Assembly: GCA_963845565.1 (NCBI GenBank)
Contig: CAWJSJ010000005.1
Location: 736,001-800,000 of the forward strand
Reading direction: 5' to 3'
From: an uncultured Methylomirabilota bacterium
GTDB lineage: Bacteria > Methylomirabilota > Methylomirabilia > Methylomirabilales > 2-02-FULL-66-22
DNA: 64,000 nt
The number at the start of each line of letters is the position of its first letter. The first letter of the stretch is position 1. Of the stretch, positions 50,752-58,873 are shown piece after piece. The notes beneath the pieces are model-generated. The model was given only the letters and a program-made list of their open reading frames with translations. It made no database searches and had not been told where the DNA came from. Made by a program: the position numbers and the translations under genes.

Positions 50752-52155
50752 CTATGCGGGGCGACCCGCCGACCGCGGTGTCTCCTGCAAGAGCGGCAGG
50801 GTGGCGATGATCCCGGTCAGGAACCAGAACGGCTCCATGATGCGTACGATGATGAAGGTGTTGGCCCCGATCCCGTGCGCCAGTAGCGCGACGACGCCGG
50901 CGAGGTACCCCAGCGTCAGCGCGTGAAACCGGGTGCCGCGGGACTGACGGTAGGCATCCCACCCCATCCGAAGAATCCGCCACAACAGCCACAGAAACGC
51001 GGCGAGTCCCGCCAGGCCCGTCTCGACGAGCACACGAACGTACTGGGCATCCATGAAGGCGAAGCCCGCGGCGCCGTACCCGAAGACCGGGCGCCGGCTC
51101 CATCCCTCGACTCCCTGCTTCCAGCTGTCCAGGCGCGCGCTGGTGGAGGTGTCCAGCCGGGTGTCCCCGACCCGATACTCGCCGCGATCCGCCTTGTCGT
51201 GCAGGGTGTAGTTATATCGCTCCACGACCTGTTTCGGAAAGACGAGCGGGCCGGCCAGGACCACCACCCCCACGCCGACGAGGAGGATCAGGCGTCGCGG
51301 GCTCAGCAGGATGAGGGTGGCCAGCATGGGGAGGGTGGCCAGCCAGGACGTGCGGGACAGGGTGTACAGCAGCGGAACCGCCGCCAGACCGGCAAACGCG
51401 AACCAGAGGAGCTGACCCGGAAGCGACCGGGCCGCGAGCGCGTGCGCGAGGACGAGGGCCAGCATCAGCACCAGGTAGCCGCCGAAGGTGTTGGGCTCGC
51501 CGAATTTTCCTTCGAAGGGGGCCGCCACCCGTTCGCCGGAGGGGATCTGGGCGATGCCCATGGCGGCGGAGACGGCGCAGGTGACCAGGGCGGTGGCCAG
51601 CAATCGGCGCAGCGCCCGCTCATCCCGGGTGTAGTTCACGGCCATGAAGTACACGACAAAGTATTCCAGGTACTTGAGGACGAAGAAGAACCCCCGCGCC
51701 GGGCGCACGTTGCCGACGAAGACGCCCAGGAGCGTGGCCACGACCAGCGCGACGCTGTAGGCGAGGATGGGAGCGTTGAGCGGCGTGCGGCGAACCAGTC
51801 CCAGTTCTTTGAAGAGGGCCGTCCTGGCGACCCACGCCAGGGCGACGGTGGTGAGGATCAGGTCCTCCACCCGGAGGACCAGCACGTCCCCCTTGGCCTC
51901 CGGTTTCCCGATGGAGATTCCGCCCACGCTCCCCAGGACGATTTCCGGGGACAGCAGCATGGACAGCAGGATGATGTGCAGGGCGAGTTCGGTGTGCAGA
52001 ACGCTGACGAACAGCAGAACCACCAGGAGGCTGGCGCCCAGGCTGAGGCCCGGCCCCGTCTGGGCGATGATCAGACCCCCGCCGGCAGCCAAGAGCAGCA
52101 CGAACAGCGCCAGGGGGAGCGGGCCTGCCGACGTGTCGCGCGGGTGTGCCGCCAT
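50752..52155 (-). CDS. O-antigen ligase / Wzy polymerase family protein
   Basis: EPNTFGGY, TLSR, R..SW...PVFGYG; many TM helices. Confidence 0.85.
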   Translation of the reverse strand: MAAHPRDTSAGPLPLALFVLLLAAGGGLIIAQTGPGLSLGASLLVVLLFVSVLHTELALHIILLSMLLSPEIVLGSVGGISIGKPEAKGDVLVLRVEDLILTTVALAWVARTALFKELGLVRRTPLNAPILAYSVALVVATLLGVFVGNVRPARGFFFVLKYLEYFVVYFMAVNYTRDERALRRLLATALVTCAVSAAMGIAQIPSGERVAAPFEGKFGEPNTFGGYLVLMLALVLAHALAARSLPGQLLWFAFAGLAAVPLLYTLSRTSWLATLPMLATLILLSPRRLILLVGVGVVVLAGPLVFPKQVVERYNYTLHDKADRGEYRVGDTRLDTSTSARLDSWKQGVEGWSRRPVFGYGAAGFAFMDAQYVRVLVETGLAGLAAFLWLLWRILRMGWDAYRQSRGTRFHALTLGYLAGVVALLAHGIGANTFIIVRIMEPFWFLTGIIATLPLLQETPRSAGRPA

Positions 52156-52292
52156 GCTGGTCCTCGCCTACCTGCGGCTATCCCGGTACCGGCGGACGGG
52201 GCGGAGATGGACGCGGCCACGCTGTGAGGCCCGAGGAGAGGCCTCCATCGCCGGCGTGGTCGGCGCCGCCCGCCGCACGACGAGGCCCGGCG

Positions 52293-54551
52293 TCACGAAA
52301 AGAGCCCTCGAATCCTTCCACGCAGGGACGCGGGACGGGACGGCGGCTCGGCCCGCTCGGCTCGCCCGGGTTCGTGGCCGTAGGCATACCGGTAGTACTG
52401 CAGCTCTTCGTAGTCCGGACTGGTCTCGGCCTTGAGACCCGTCAGGACGACACCCAGGACCCGACCGCGCACGTTTTCAAGCAGCACCTTGGCGCGCTTC
52501 AGCGCCGACCGCGCAATCTTCCCCACCCGATACACCATCAGGGTCCCGTCCGTTTTCGAGGCCAGGATCGCCGCGTCGGTGACCGGGAGGATGGGGGGGC
52601 AGTCGAAGATGACAAAGTCGAACTGCTCCCGGAACTGGGCAATCAGATCCTGCATGCGCTGGGAGTTGAGGAACTCGGAGGGATTGGGCGGCGGCGTGCC
52701 GCTCGACAGCAAGAAGAGTTTGTCCACGTTGGGCATCGTCATCAGTTTCTCGACCCCCAGCGGCCCCAGCATGAGATCGGTCGCGGTCCGCAGGCACTCC
52801 CGCCAGTCCTTGTTCCCGACGATGACCTCGGTGAGTCCGGGATCTCGCGGGATCCCGAAGGCGTGATGCAGGAACGGCTTGCGCAGGTCGGCCTCGACCA
52901 GGAGCGTGCGCTTGCCCATCTGTGCGATGGTGATCGCCAGGTTGATGGCGGTCGTCGTCTTGCCTTCCATGAGGGACGCGCTTGTCACGCAGAGCGTCTT
53001 GACGCTCTTCTCGAGGGAGAGAAACTCCACGTTGGTTCGGAGCGAGCGATAGGCCTCGGCCACCGTGGACCGCGGGCTGAGGAGGGACACCAGAAACGGA
53101 CGCATGGTGCCGAGAGGCCCGCCTTCCTCCTCGTCCTCCGGCGGGGCGAGCAAGGGGTCCCGGACCGGGTCGATCAGCGGGATCAGGCCGAGCACCGGGG
53201 TCTCCAGATAGCTCTCGACGTCCTGGATGGTTCCGATGGAGGTATCCAGCGATTCCAGAACAAAGGCCAAGACCAGCCCCACCGTGAGGCCGATCAGCAG
53301 ACCGGCGAATACCTTCCCGGCGGTCTGCGCGGGATTCATGGGACTCCCCGGGACCGTGGCCGGCCGGACCAGGCTCACCTCCTCCACCTGCTCTCGCTCC
53401 TTGATCTGCACCTCTTGGAGCTTCGACCGCAAGGTCGAGAGGAGATTCTCATTCTGGGTGAGCTCGCGCTGGAGTTGCGCATACTGTCGGGTCAAATCCG
53501 GCAGGGCGCGCTGTTCCTGCCGGACGCGCTGGATCTGCCGCTGCACATCGCCGGCGCGTTCCTCAAGAATCTGGTTCTTGATCCGGAGCTCACGGAGGAG
53601 GGCCTCCCGCGCGGTCCGGACGCGCGCCTCCAGGCTCTCCCGGATGCTGGCCATGCGCGCATCCAGGTCGCGGATCTGGGGGTGTTGCGGTGTGAGGGTG
53701 ACCAGGAGATTCTCCCGCTCCAGGCTCAAGTCCACCAGTGCGCCGCTCAGCTTGCCGATGCCGGGGTCCCCAGCCTCGGCGAGCAGACGCGCGGGGAGGG
53801 CGCCTGCCGCAGCCGCTTGCTGCACGGTCTGGATCTGGCCGGCGATCTCGTCCTGCTCTCGTCGGATCTTTTCGGCCTCGCCTTCCAGGACGCCGAGGCG
53901 CGCCACGGAGGCGGTGGTCTCTTCGGTGAGGGAGACGAAGCCGCGGGTCTCCTTCAGCGTCCGAATGCTATCCTCCGCCTGCCGGACGCGAACGCCCACC
54001 TCGCGGGTTTGCTCCTCGATGAAGCGCCGAGCCTCCAGGATCTTCCGGTTGCGGAGCGCCGCGTTCTCCGCTTGGTAGGCCTGCGCCACGGCGTTGGCGA
54101 CCCGGGCGGCCTGCGCCGGCTCCCGCGAGGCGACCGTGACGTTGATCAGCGTGGTGTTCTCTTCCGGGGTCGCCGTGACCTGGTTGCGCAGTTCGCCGAG
54201 GAGCTGCACGTGCACGGGATCCTGTTTGATGGCCTCGGAATCGAGCGTCGCCGGGATCAGGCGCAGCGCCTTGGCCGCCCGCTCGAGGACGGGGAAGCTC
54301 CGAATCACGGCTGCCTGGGTGGCCGGCGCATCGCCCTGGGAGAGCGAGATCGTCTCCACCAGCAGACCGACGAGCGTCGTGGTCCGCTCGAACTTGACCA
54401 CCGCGGTCGCCTGGTAGAGCGGATCGGGTCGCTGCACCTCGGCGAACAGCAGGGCCAGCAGCCCGAAGGCGGCGGTGACCAGCGCCACGCTCCACAGCCG
54501 CTTTCGCAGGATCCGCCAGTAGTCGCGAAGATTCAGATCGTACTGTGGCAT
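52293..54551 (-). CDS. wzc: Polysaccharide co-polymerase / tyrosine autokinase
   Basis: LRDYWRIL, EAYRSLRTN, EGKTT Walker A, DCPP, Tyr-rich tail. Confidence 0.92.
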   Translation of the reverse strand: MPQYDLNLRDYWRILRKRLWSVALVTAAFGLLALLFAEVQRPDPLYQATAVVKFERTTTLVGLLVETISLSQGDAPATQAAVIRSFPVLERAAKALRLIPATLDSEAIKQDPVHVQLLGELRNQVTATPEENTTLINVTVASREPAQAARVANAVAQAYQAENAALRNRKILEARRFIEEQTREVGVRVRQAEDSIRTLKETRGFVSLTEETTASVARLGVLEGEAEKIRREQDEIAGQIQTVQQAAAAGALPARLLAEAGDPGIGKLSGALVDLSLERENLLVTLTPQHPQIRDLDARMASIRESLEARVRTAREALLRELRIKNQILEERAGDVQRQIQRVRQEQRALPDLTRQYAQLQRELTQNENLLSTLRSKLQEVQIKEREQVEEVSLVRPATVPGSPMNPAQTAGKVFAGLLIGLTVGLVLAFVLESLDTSIGTIQDVESYLETPVLGLIPLIDPVRDPLLAPPEDEEEGGPLGTMRPFLVSLLSPRSTVAEAYRSLRTNVEFLSLEKSVKTLCVTSASLMEGKTTTAINLAITIAQMGKRTLLVEADLRKPFLHHAFGIPRDPGLTEVIVGNKDWRECLRTATDLMLGPLGVEKLMTMPNVDKLFLLSSGTPPPNPSEFLNSQRMQDLIAQFREQFDFVIFDCPPILPVTDAAILASKTDGTLMVYRVGKIARSALKRAKVLLENVRGRVLGVVLTGLKAETSPDYEELQYYRYAYGHEPGRAERAEPPSRPASLRGRIRGLFS

Positions 54552-54568
54552 GCGATCGCCTCGCCTCT

Positions 54569-55666
54569 CTAGAAGCTCGCGATAGCCTTGATCGAGAGGA
54601 CCGTGTACAGCGGTTGGTTGATGAGATCGAACGTCGGACGGATCTGGGCGACGAAGGCGTTCCAATTCGCAATCGGCGTCCGCGGGACAAAGACCACGTC
54701 GTTCGGCTTTAGATACTGGTCGATGCGCTTCTCGCCCTCGAGAAGCAGACGACGCAGATCCACCGTGAGGATCTCGGTGACCCCGTCTGCCGAACGGATG
54801 ATCGCCGCCTGATCGAAGAGCGCCGCATCCGTCCAACCGCCGACCTGCGCGACAAGGTGAGCCAGCGTGAGATTGGGGACATAGGGCGCGGGGCCGGGTG
54901 TCTTGACTTCTCCCAGCAGGAAGACCCGCCGCTCTTCGCCCTTGACCTGCTCCGGGACGAAGATGGCGTCGCCGGCGTCCAGGACGAACTCCTGGGACAC
55001 GTCGCCGTCCTGGAGGAAGCGAAACACGTTGACCGTGTACGTCTTGCCGGAGGCCCGGCTGATCCGCACGCGGTCCAGGCTGGCGTTCTGCTGAAAGCCG
55101 CCGGCCTTGGCAATGGCTTCCATCAGGGTCACGCGCCCGGTCAGGGGGATGGTGCTGGCCGAGGCCTTGGCCTGGGTGCCCACCGCGCCGAACACCGTCA
55201 CCTTCTTGCTATGGTACTCCTTGACCAGGACGTCGACCGTTGGCGCGCGAAAGAAAACGGACAGATCCTCGGCGATGGCTCGGCCGGCTTCGTCCGTCGT
55301 CAAGCCGTCCACCTTGGTCTCGGCCAGAATGACCCTGACCGTTCCGCCGGCGCGGACCGCGGTCTGAATCTTCTCCTGCGTCGGGCCGCGGCTGACGGTG
55401 ATCTCCAGGACGTCGCCGGGCCCGAGGCGGTACTGCGGCACACCTGCGCTGGTGACGAAGGCCCGGTTCTCCGTGACGGGCGGCGGGAGTTCCGTGGATG
55501 CGTCGGTAGGGGCCGGGGCGGCCGCCACCCGGGGCTGGGGGAACGTCGGCGCGTTCACGGAAGTTGACCGCGACGGTTTCTCCAGGCCCCCGCAGCCGGC
55601 CAGTGCCAGAGACAGGAGGACTGCGCTGGCAACATACGATGTTGGTTTCACCGGTCTACCTCCCAC
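54569..55666 (-). CDS. wza: Polysaccharide export lipoprotein with SLBB domains
   Basis: LAGC lipobox, YRLGPGDVL, EAIAKAGG, DVVFVP. Confidence 0.88.
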   Translation of the reverse strand: MGGRPVKPTSYVASAVLLSLALAGCGGLEKPSRSTSVNAPTFPQPRVAAAPAPTDASTELPPPVTENRAFVTSAGVPQYRLGPGDVLEITVSRGPTQEKIQTAVRAGGTVRVILAETKVDGLTTDEAGRAIAEDLSVFFRAPTVDVLVKEYHSKKVTVFGAVGTQAKASASTIPLTGRVTLMEAIAKAGGFQQNASLDRVRISRASGKTYTVNVFRFLQDGDVSQEFVLDAGDAIFVPEQVKGEERRVFLLGEVKTPGPAPYVPNLTLAHLVAQVGGWTDAALFDQAAIIRSADGVTEILTVDLRRLLLEGEKRIDQYLKPNDVVFVPRTPIANWNAFVAQIRPTFDLINQPLYTVLSIKAIASF

Positions 55667-55686
55667 GCTGCCTGCTCTGGCGGCGG

Positions 55687-55715
55687 ATGGTATAGAACGC
55701 CCTCATCCGCGTCAA
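55687..55715 (-). promoter_or_regulatory. Sigma70-type promoter of the polysaccharide operon
   Basis: TTGACG-N17-TACCAT on the minus strand just upstream of wza. Confidence 0.65.
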
Positions 55716-55764
55716 GCATTTGCTGTCCCTCGGACCCACGACGGTTCTTTTCGGGGCCGCGCGC

Positions 55765-56895
55765 TCATCCGGCATCTTCTTTGTCTGCCGCCCGTGTTGG
55801 TTCTGTATGCCCCAAGGCGAGTCGCGCCATCTGTCGCCAGTGGGTCATCCATGCGTGACGAGCGGGGCATCCCCCGTCCGAAAACCCCGTGGCGAACACC
55901 CTGCCCGCTGGGAAAAGGAGTTGCCGCGCGAACGCGGCCCTGGCCGGCCATCCGGGGAGACAGGCGAACGTCAGGCCGTAGCGAAGATGTCCGGCTCCCT
56001 CTCCGCGTCCGGTCTGCGCCAGGATGCGGCGCTCCCCGGGGAAGAGGTACTGCGGCCGGAGCGCCGCGCGAGTCTCCGGCACCGGATCCACTCCCAGAAC
56101 TGCGAGGCGGTCGAGGCAATACCACACGCTCCGGCGCACCCCGGCCGGACTGCGGAGGCACGCCGGGGGCGACGGCGGCCACGCCTGCAGGGCCGCCAGG
56201 AAATCGGCCATCCACCGGACTCCCTGCATGCCGTGGTGGTGCACCGCATGAACCGCGAGATACTGGAGATAGTCCTGGGGACCCAGCGTCCAGGCTGGGG
56301 CCCCTGCCAGCGTCAGGGGCTGTCGGCGTCGCCAGATTGTTTCGAAGGCTTGAGGCCACAGGGCGCCGCGTGCGGGCAGCCGCGTGGTGTTGAGGAGGCC
56401 GGTGTGGAGATCGATGCTGTGGGTGAGGTCGGGGGCGAAGAAGTCCTCTTCTCCTCGGAGGTCGTTCCGATACCCCAAGCGGCGCAGCACGTCCCCGAAT
56501 CGCGGGCCGTCGGCCGGGGCGACCAGAAGGTCCACATCGTCCAGCGGGCGAGGGATCCCCGCCGGGTAGACCAGGCGTTGCAGTGCCGGACCCTTGAGCA
56601 GCAGAATCGGGATCCCCTCGCCGGAGGCGGCCTCAATCGCCAAGGCGGCGGCCCGCTCCAGGCGCACGGATCGCGCCCCGCTCGCCAGGGTCGCCCGGCG
56701 CAGCGCCTCCAACACGGCGGGCGGGACCGCACGGGCCGCCGCGGTTTGCAGCCCGGCATAGAGGAGCGGTGCGACGCGCCAGCGACGCGACGCCGTCAGG
56801 ACCTCCGGCCACACCACGGGTGAGCGGAGGCGCTCCGCCAGCCTGCCCGCGAACTCTGTGCGACGCAGGCCGACCAGCGTTCCGTACCAGAGCAC
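55765..56895 (-). CDS. Nucleotidyltransferase family protein (NTP_transf_5-like); start uncertain
   Basis: LLKGPAL...RPLDDVDLLV, IDLH, HAVHH. Confidence 0.8.
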   Translation of the reverse strand: MLWYGTLVGLRRTEFAGRLAERLRSPVVWPEVLTASRRWRVAPLLYAGLQTAAARAVPPAVLEALRRATLASGARSVRLERAAALAIEAASGEGIPILLLKGPALQRLVYPAGIPRPLDDVDLLVAPADGPRFGDVLRRLGYRNDLRGEEDFFAPDLTHSIDLHTGLLNTTRLPARGALWPQAFETIWRRRQPLTLAGAPAWTLGPQDYLQYLAVHAVHHHGMQGVRWMADFLAALQAWPPSPPACLRSPAGVRRSVWYCLDRLAVLGVDPVPETRAALRPQYLFPGERRILAQTGRGEGAGHLRYGLTFACLPGWPARAAFARQLLFPAGRVFATGFSDGGCPARHAWMTHWRQMARLALGHTEPTRAADKEDAG

Positions 56896-56913
56896 CGATC
56901 CGCCAGTTTGGTT

Positions 56914-56942
56914 TTGACTTCCCCACAGGCGCGGGCTATGTT
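56914..56942 (+). promoter_or_regulatory. Sigma70-type promoter for the PqqD gene (probably leaderless transcript)
   Basis: TTGACT-N17-TATGTT ends 8 nt before ATG 56951; no RBS. Confidence 0.6.
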
Positions 56943-56950
56943 GACTGGCC

Positions 56951-57286
56951 ATGGCACACGCGTCCGACAGCAACCGCTATCAACGTACCGACGAGTTCGT
57001 CGCCAGGACCATTGCCGGCGAGACGGTGCTGGTTCCGATCCACCGGCAGATCGGGGACCTTGAATCCATCTACACACTGAACGAGGTGGCCACGTTCATC
57101 TGGGAGCGACTGGCGGCCGCCGCCACGCCGGCCGCCCTCGCCCTCGCTGTCGAGGACACCTTTGCCGGCAGCCCGGCGGAGATACGTGCGGACCTCGAAG
57201 AATTTCTGGGCCACCTGCTCGACCTCCGTGCAATCCGATCCGTTGCGGATACGTCCGATGGTTTGGACGTCACCCCTCCGCGCTGA
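56951..57286 (+). CDS. PqqD family protein / RiPP recognition element
   Basis: VARTIAGETVLVP...IYTLNEVATFIWERL...DLEEFL. Confidence 0.88.
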   Translation: MAHASDSNRYQRTDEFVARTIAGETVLVPIHRQIGDLESIYTLNEVATFIWERLAAAATPAALALAVEDTFAGSPAEIRADLEEFLGHLLDLRAIRSVADTSDGLDVTPPR

Positions 57287-57295
57287 TCCCCGCCC

Positions 57296-58171
57296 TCACG
57301 CCTTTCCAAGTTGAGCCTGGACCCAGTCCACCTCACGGCCGTCGGCCGGAACGGTGAGCCATCCGCACGGCACCTCGCGGCAGATCCGCCCAAGCGTCTC
57401 CAGGGTGTTTCCCATCCGTTCCGCATCCCATACCGCAGGGAACGATTTGGCGAACACGAGCGCGGTCGCCGTTGCCGGGCGAAGCGGTTCGAACGCCACG
57501 TCGGTTCCCTGGCGCAGTAGGTAGACTGCCCGGACCGGCGCCGCGTCTCCGCCGACCTCCGGATTCTCGCCGAACCACGGGGTCGGGTGCATGCGAAGGC
57601 CCTCCGGGCTCGCCTCCAAGACGACCCGGTCGTCATTCAGGATCGTGGCGCCCGCGGCGCGCCAGAGGCGAGCCGCCGTGCTCTTGCCCGCCCCGGACGA
57701 TCCGACAAACAGGACGCCGGCGCCGTGCCAGTGCACGCCGCAGGCGTGGACCAGGAGTGCGTCATGCTCGGCCAAGAGGTGGCGGAAGAGCAAGTCCTCC
57801 AGGGGGTACTCCAGCGGGTATCTGGACGACGGATCGGGGACGCGCTTTGGGTCCATCACGAGGCACCCCGTGGTGCCGGATGCGTCCAGTCGGAGTGCCC
57901 GGTCCGCGCGGCCGGTCGTCGCATCCTCTCCGACGCGGATCGTCCATCGGCCATCGTCCCGATAAAAGCTCGCCACACCGCCGGCTCGGAACACCGGCGG
58001 CGCCGAGCGGCGTCCGGTGGAGTCCCACACCATCTGCAGGGTCAGATCGGAATCCGCTGCTGGCGCGAAGAATTTCGGGTGTCCGGCGTCGAGCTGCCAC
58101 CGCCCAGGATCCATCTCCCCATGGAGCGAAACGCACACGGGGCCGATCCGGAGGGTGAATCGATTAGGCAT
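57296..58171 (-). CDS. HprK-related P-loop kinase
   Basis: LVHACGV, GSSGAGKST Walker A, LNDDR, TPW. Confidence 0.78.
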   Translation of the reverse strand: MPNRFTLRIGPVCVSLHGEMDPGRWQLDAGHPKFFAPAADSDLTLQMVWDSTGRRSAPPVFRAGGVASFYRDDGRWTIRVGEDATTGRADRALRLDASGTTGCLVMDPKRVPDPSSRYPLEYPLEDLLFRHLLAEHDALLVHACGVHWHGAGVLFVGSSGAGKSTAARLWRAAGATILNDDRVVLEASPEGLRMHPTPWFGENPEVGGDAAPVRAVYLLRQGTDVAFEPLRPATATALVFAKSFPAVWDAERMGNTLETLGRICREVPCGWLTVPADGREVDWVQAQLGKA

Positions 58172-58319
58172 GGTTTGTCCGGGAGCCGGGAAAGCAGAGC
58201 ATGCGCGCACTGGCGGGTAGCACGCGGTCGACGGTCGGGTTGCCGGAGACATGCCTCGCCGCGCCAGCATTCACCAGCAACCTACTTTCGTCCGGCCGCT
58301 GCCGCCGAAGGTTGTTCGC

Positions 58320-58505
58320 TCAGGAGCCCCTGTTGTCCCTGCATTTTGCAACGCTCCGGATATCGCACGGGTTTGGGAACGTCAGGTTCTTTCCGCCTCC
58401 ATTGCTTCGCTTGCAATTGGGGACCGCGGCCGTTTCCTCGCCGGCGAGGTCGATTCGTTCGAGGGAGGGTTTCACATAGTCGCGTTTCGTCGAGTCCACG
58501 GTCAT
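58320..58505 (-). CDS. Putative RiPP precursor peptide 1 (61 aa)
   Basis: MTVDSTKRDYVKPSLERIDLAGEETAAVPNCKRSNGGGKNLTFPNPCDIRSVAKCRDNRGS; YxxPxL leader motif; paralog of peptide 2. Confidence 0.85.
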   Translation of the reverse strand: MTVDSTKRDYVKPSLERIDLAGEETAAVPNCKRSNGGGKNLTFPNPCDIRSVAKCRDNRGS

Positions 58506-58562
58506 AGCCCACCACCTATCCAAGAATGGGGAAACAGGTCATCGGGGAGTTCTTTGAGGCCG

Positions 58563-58650
58563 TCACGACCCCAGCGATTCCCTGGAAAGTACGCCAAGCA
58601 CGCTCCAGAATAATGCATCGCGGCCAACTCGATCTCTGCCCAGGCTGCGG
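58563..58650 (-). pseudogene. Decayed third precursor copy
   Basis: RDALFWSVLGVLSRESLGS* aligns without gaps to RIEWWWDIFGVRCRESRGS*. Confidence 0.55.
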
Positions 58651-58672
58651 TGCGGGGCTAAAGGCGCCGACC

Positions 58673-58873
58673 TTAAGATCCCCTTGACTCGCGGCACCGG
58701 ACGCCGAAGATATCCCACCACCACTCGATCCGACACGGGTTGGGATAGGTCTGGCTTCTTCCCCCGCCGGTGTCCCGCTTGCAGTTGGGGACGGCGGCGG
58801 TCTCCTCGCCGACCAGTGTGATCCGCTCGATCGTCGGCTTTCGGTAGGGGAGTCTGGGCTGCGTTGGGTTCAT
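58673..58873 (-). CDS. Putative RiPP precursor peptide 2 (66 aa)
   Basis: MNPTQPRLPYRKPTIERITLVGEETAAVPNCKRDTGGGRSQTYPNPCRIEWWWDIFGVRCRESRGS; ATGA overlap with the rSAM stop. Confidence 0.85.
   Translation of the reverse strand: MNPTQPRLPYRKPTIERITLVGEETAAVPNCKRDTGGGRSQTYPNPCRIEWWWDIFGVRCRESRGS

Noticed and set aside
58172..58319. Possible fourth precursor relic (..STACYPPVRACSAF..) upstream of the kinase
   Set aside because: Only two Cys are suggestive; no leader motif or in-register GS-stop
58320..58873. Lasso peptide interpretation (YxxP leader, Thr at -2, AVPNCKRD with Asp8 in peptide 2)
   Set aside because: Peptide 1 lacks Asp/Glu at positions 7-9, and no B2 protease or lasso cyclase is adjacent; the coupled enzyme is an rSAM/SPASM
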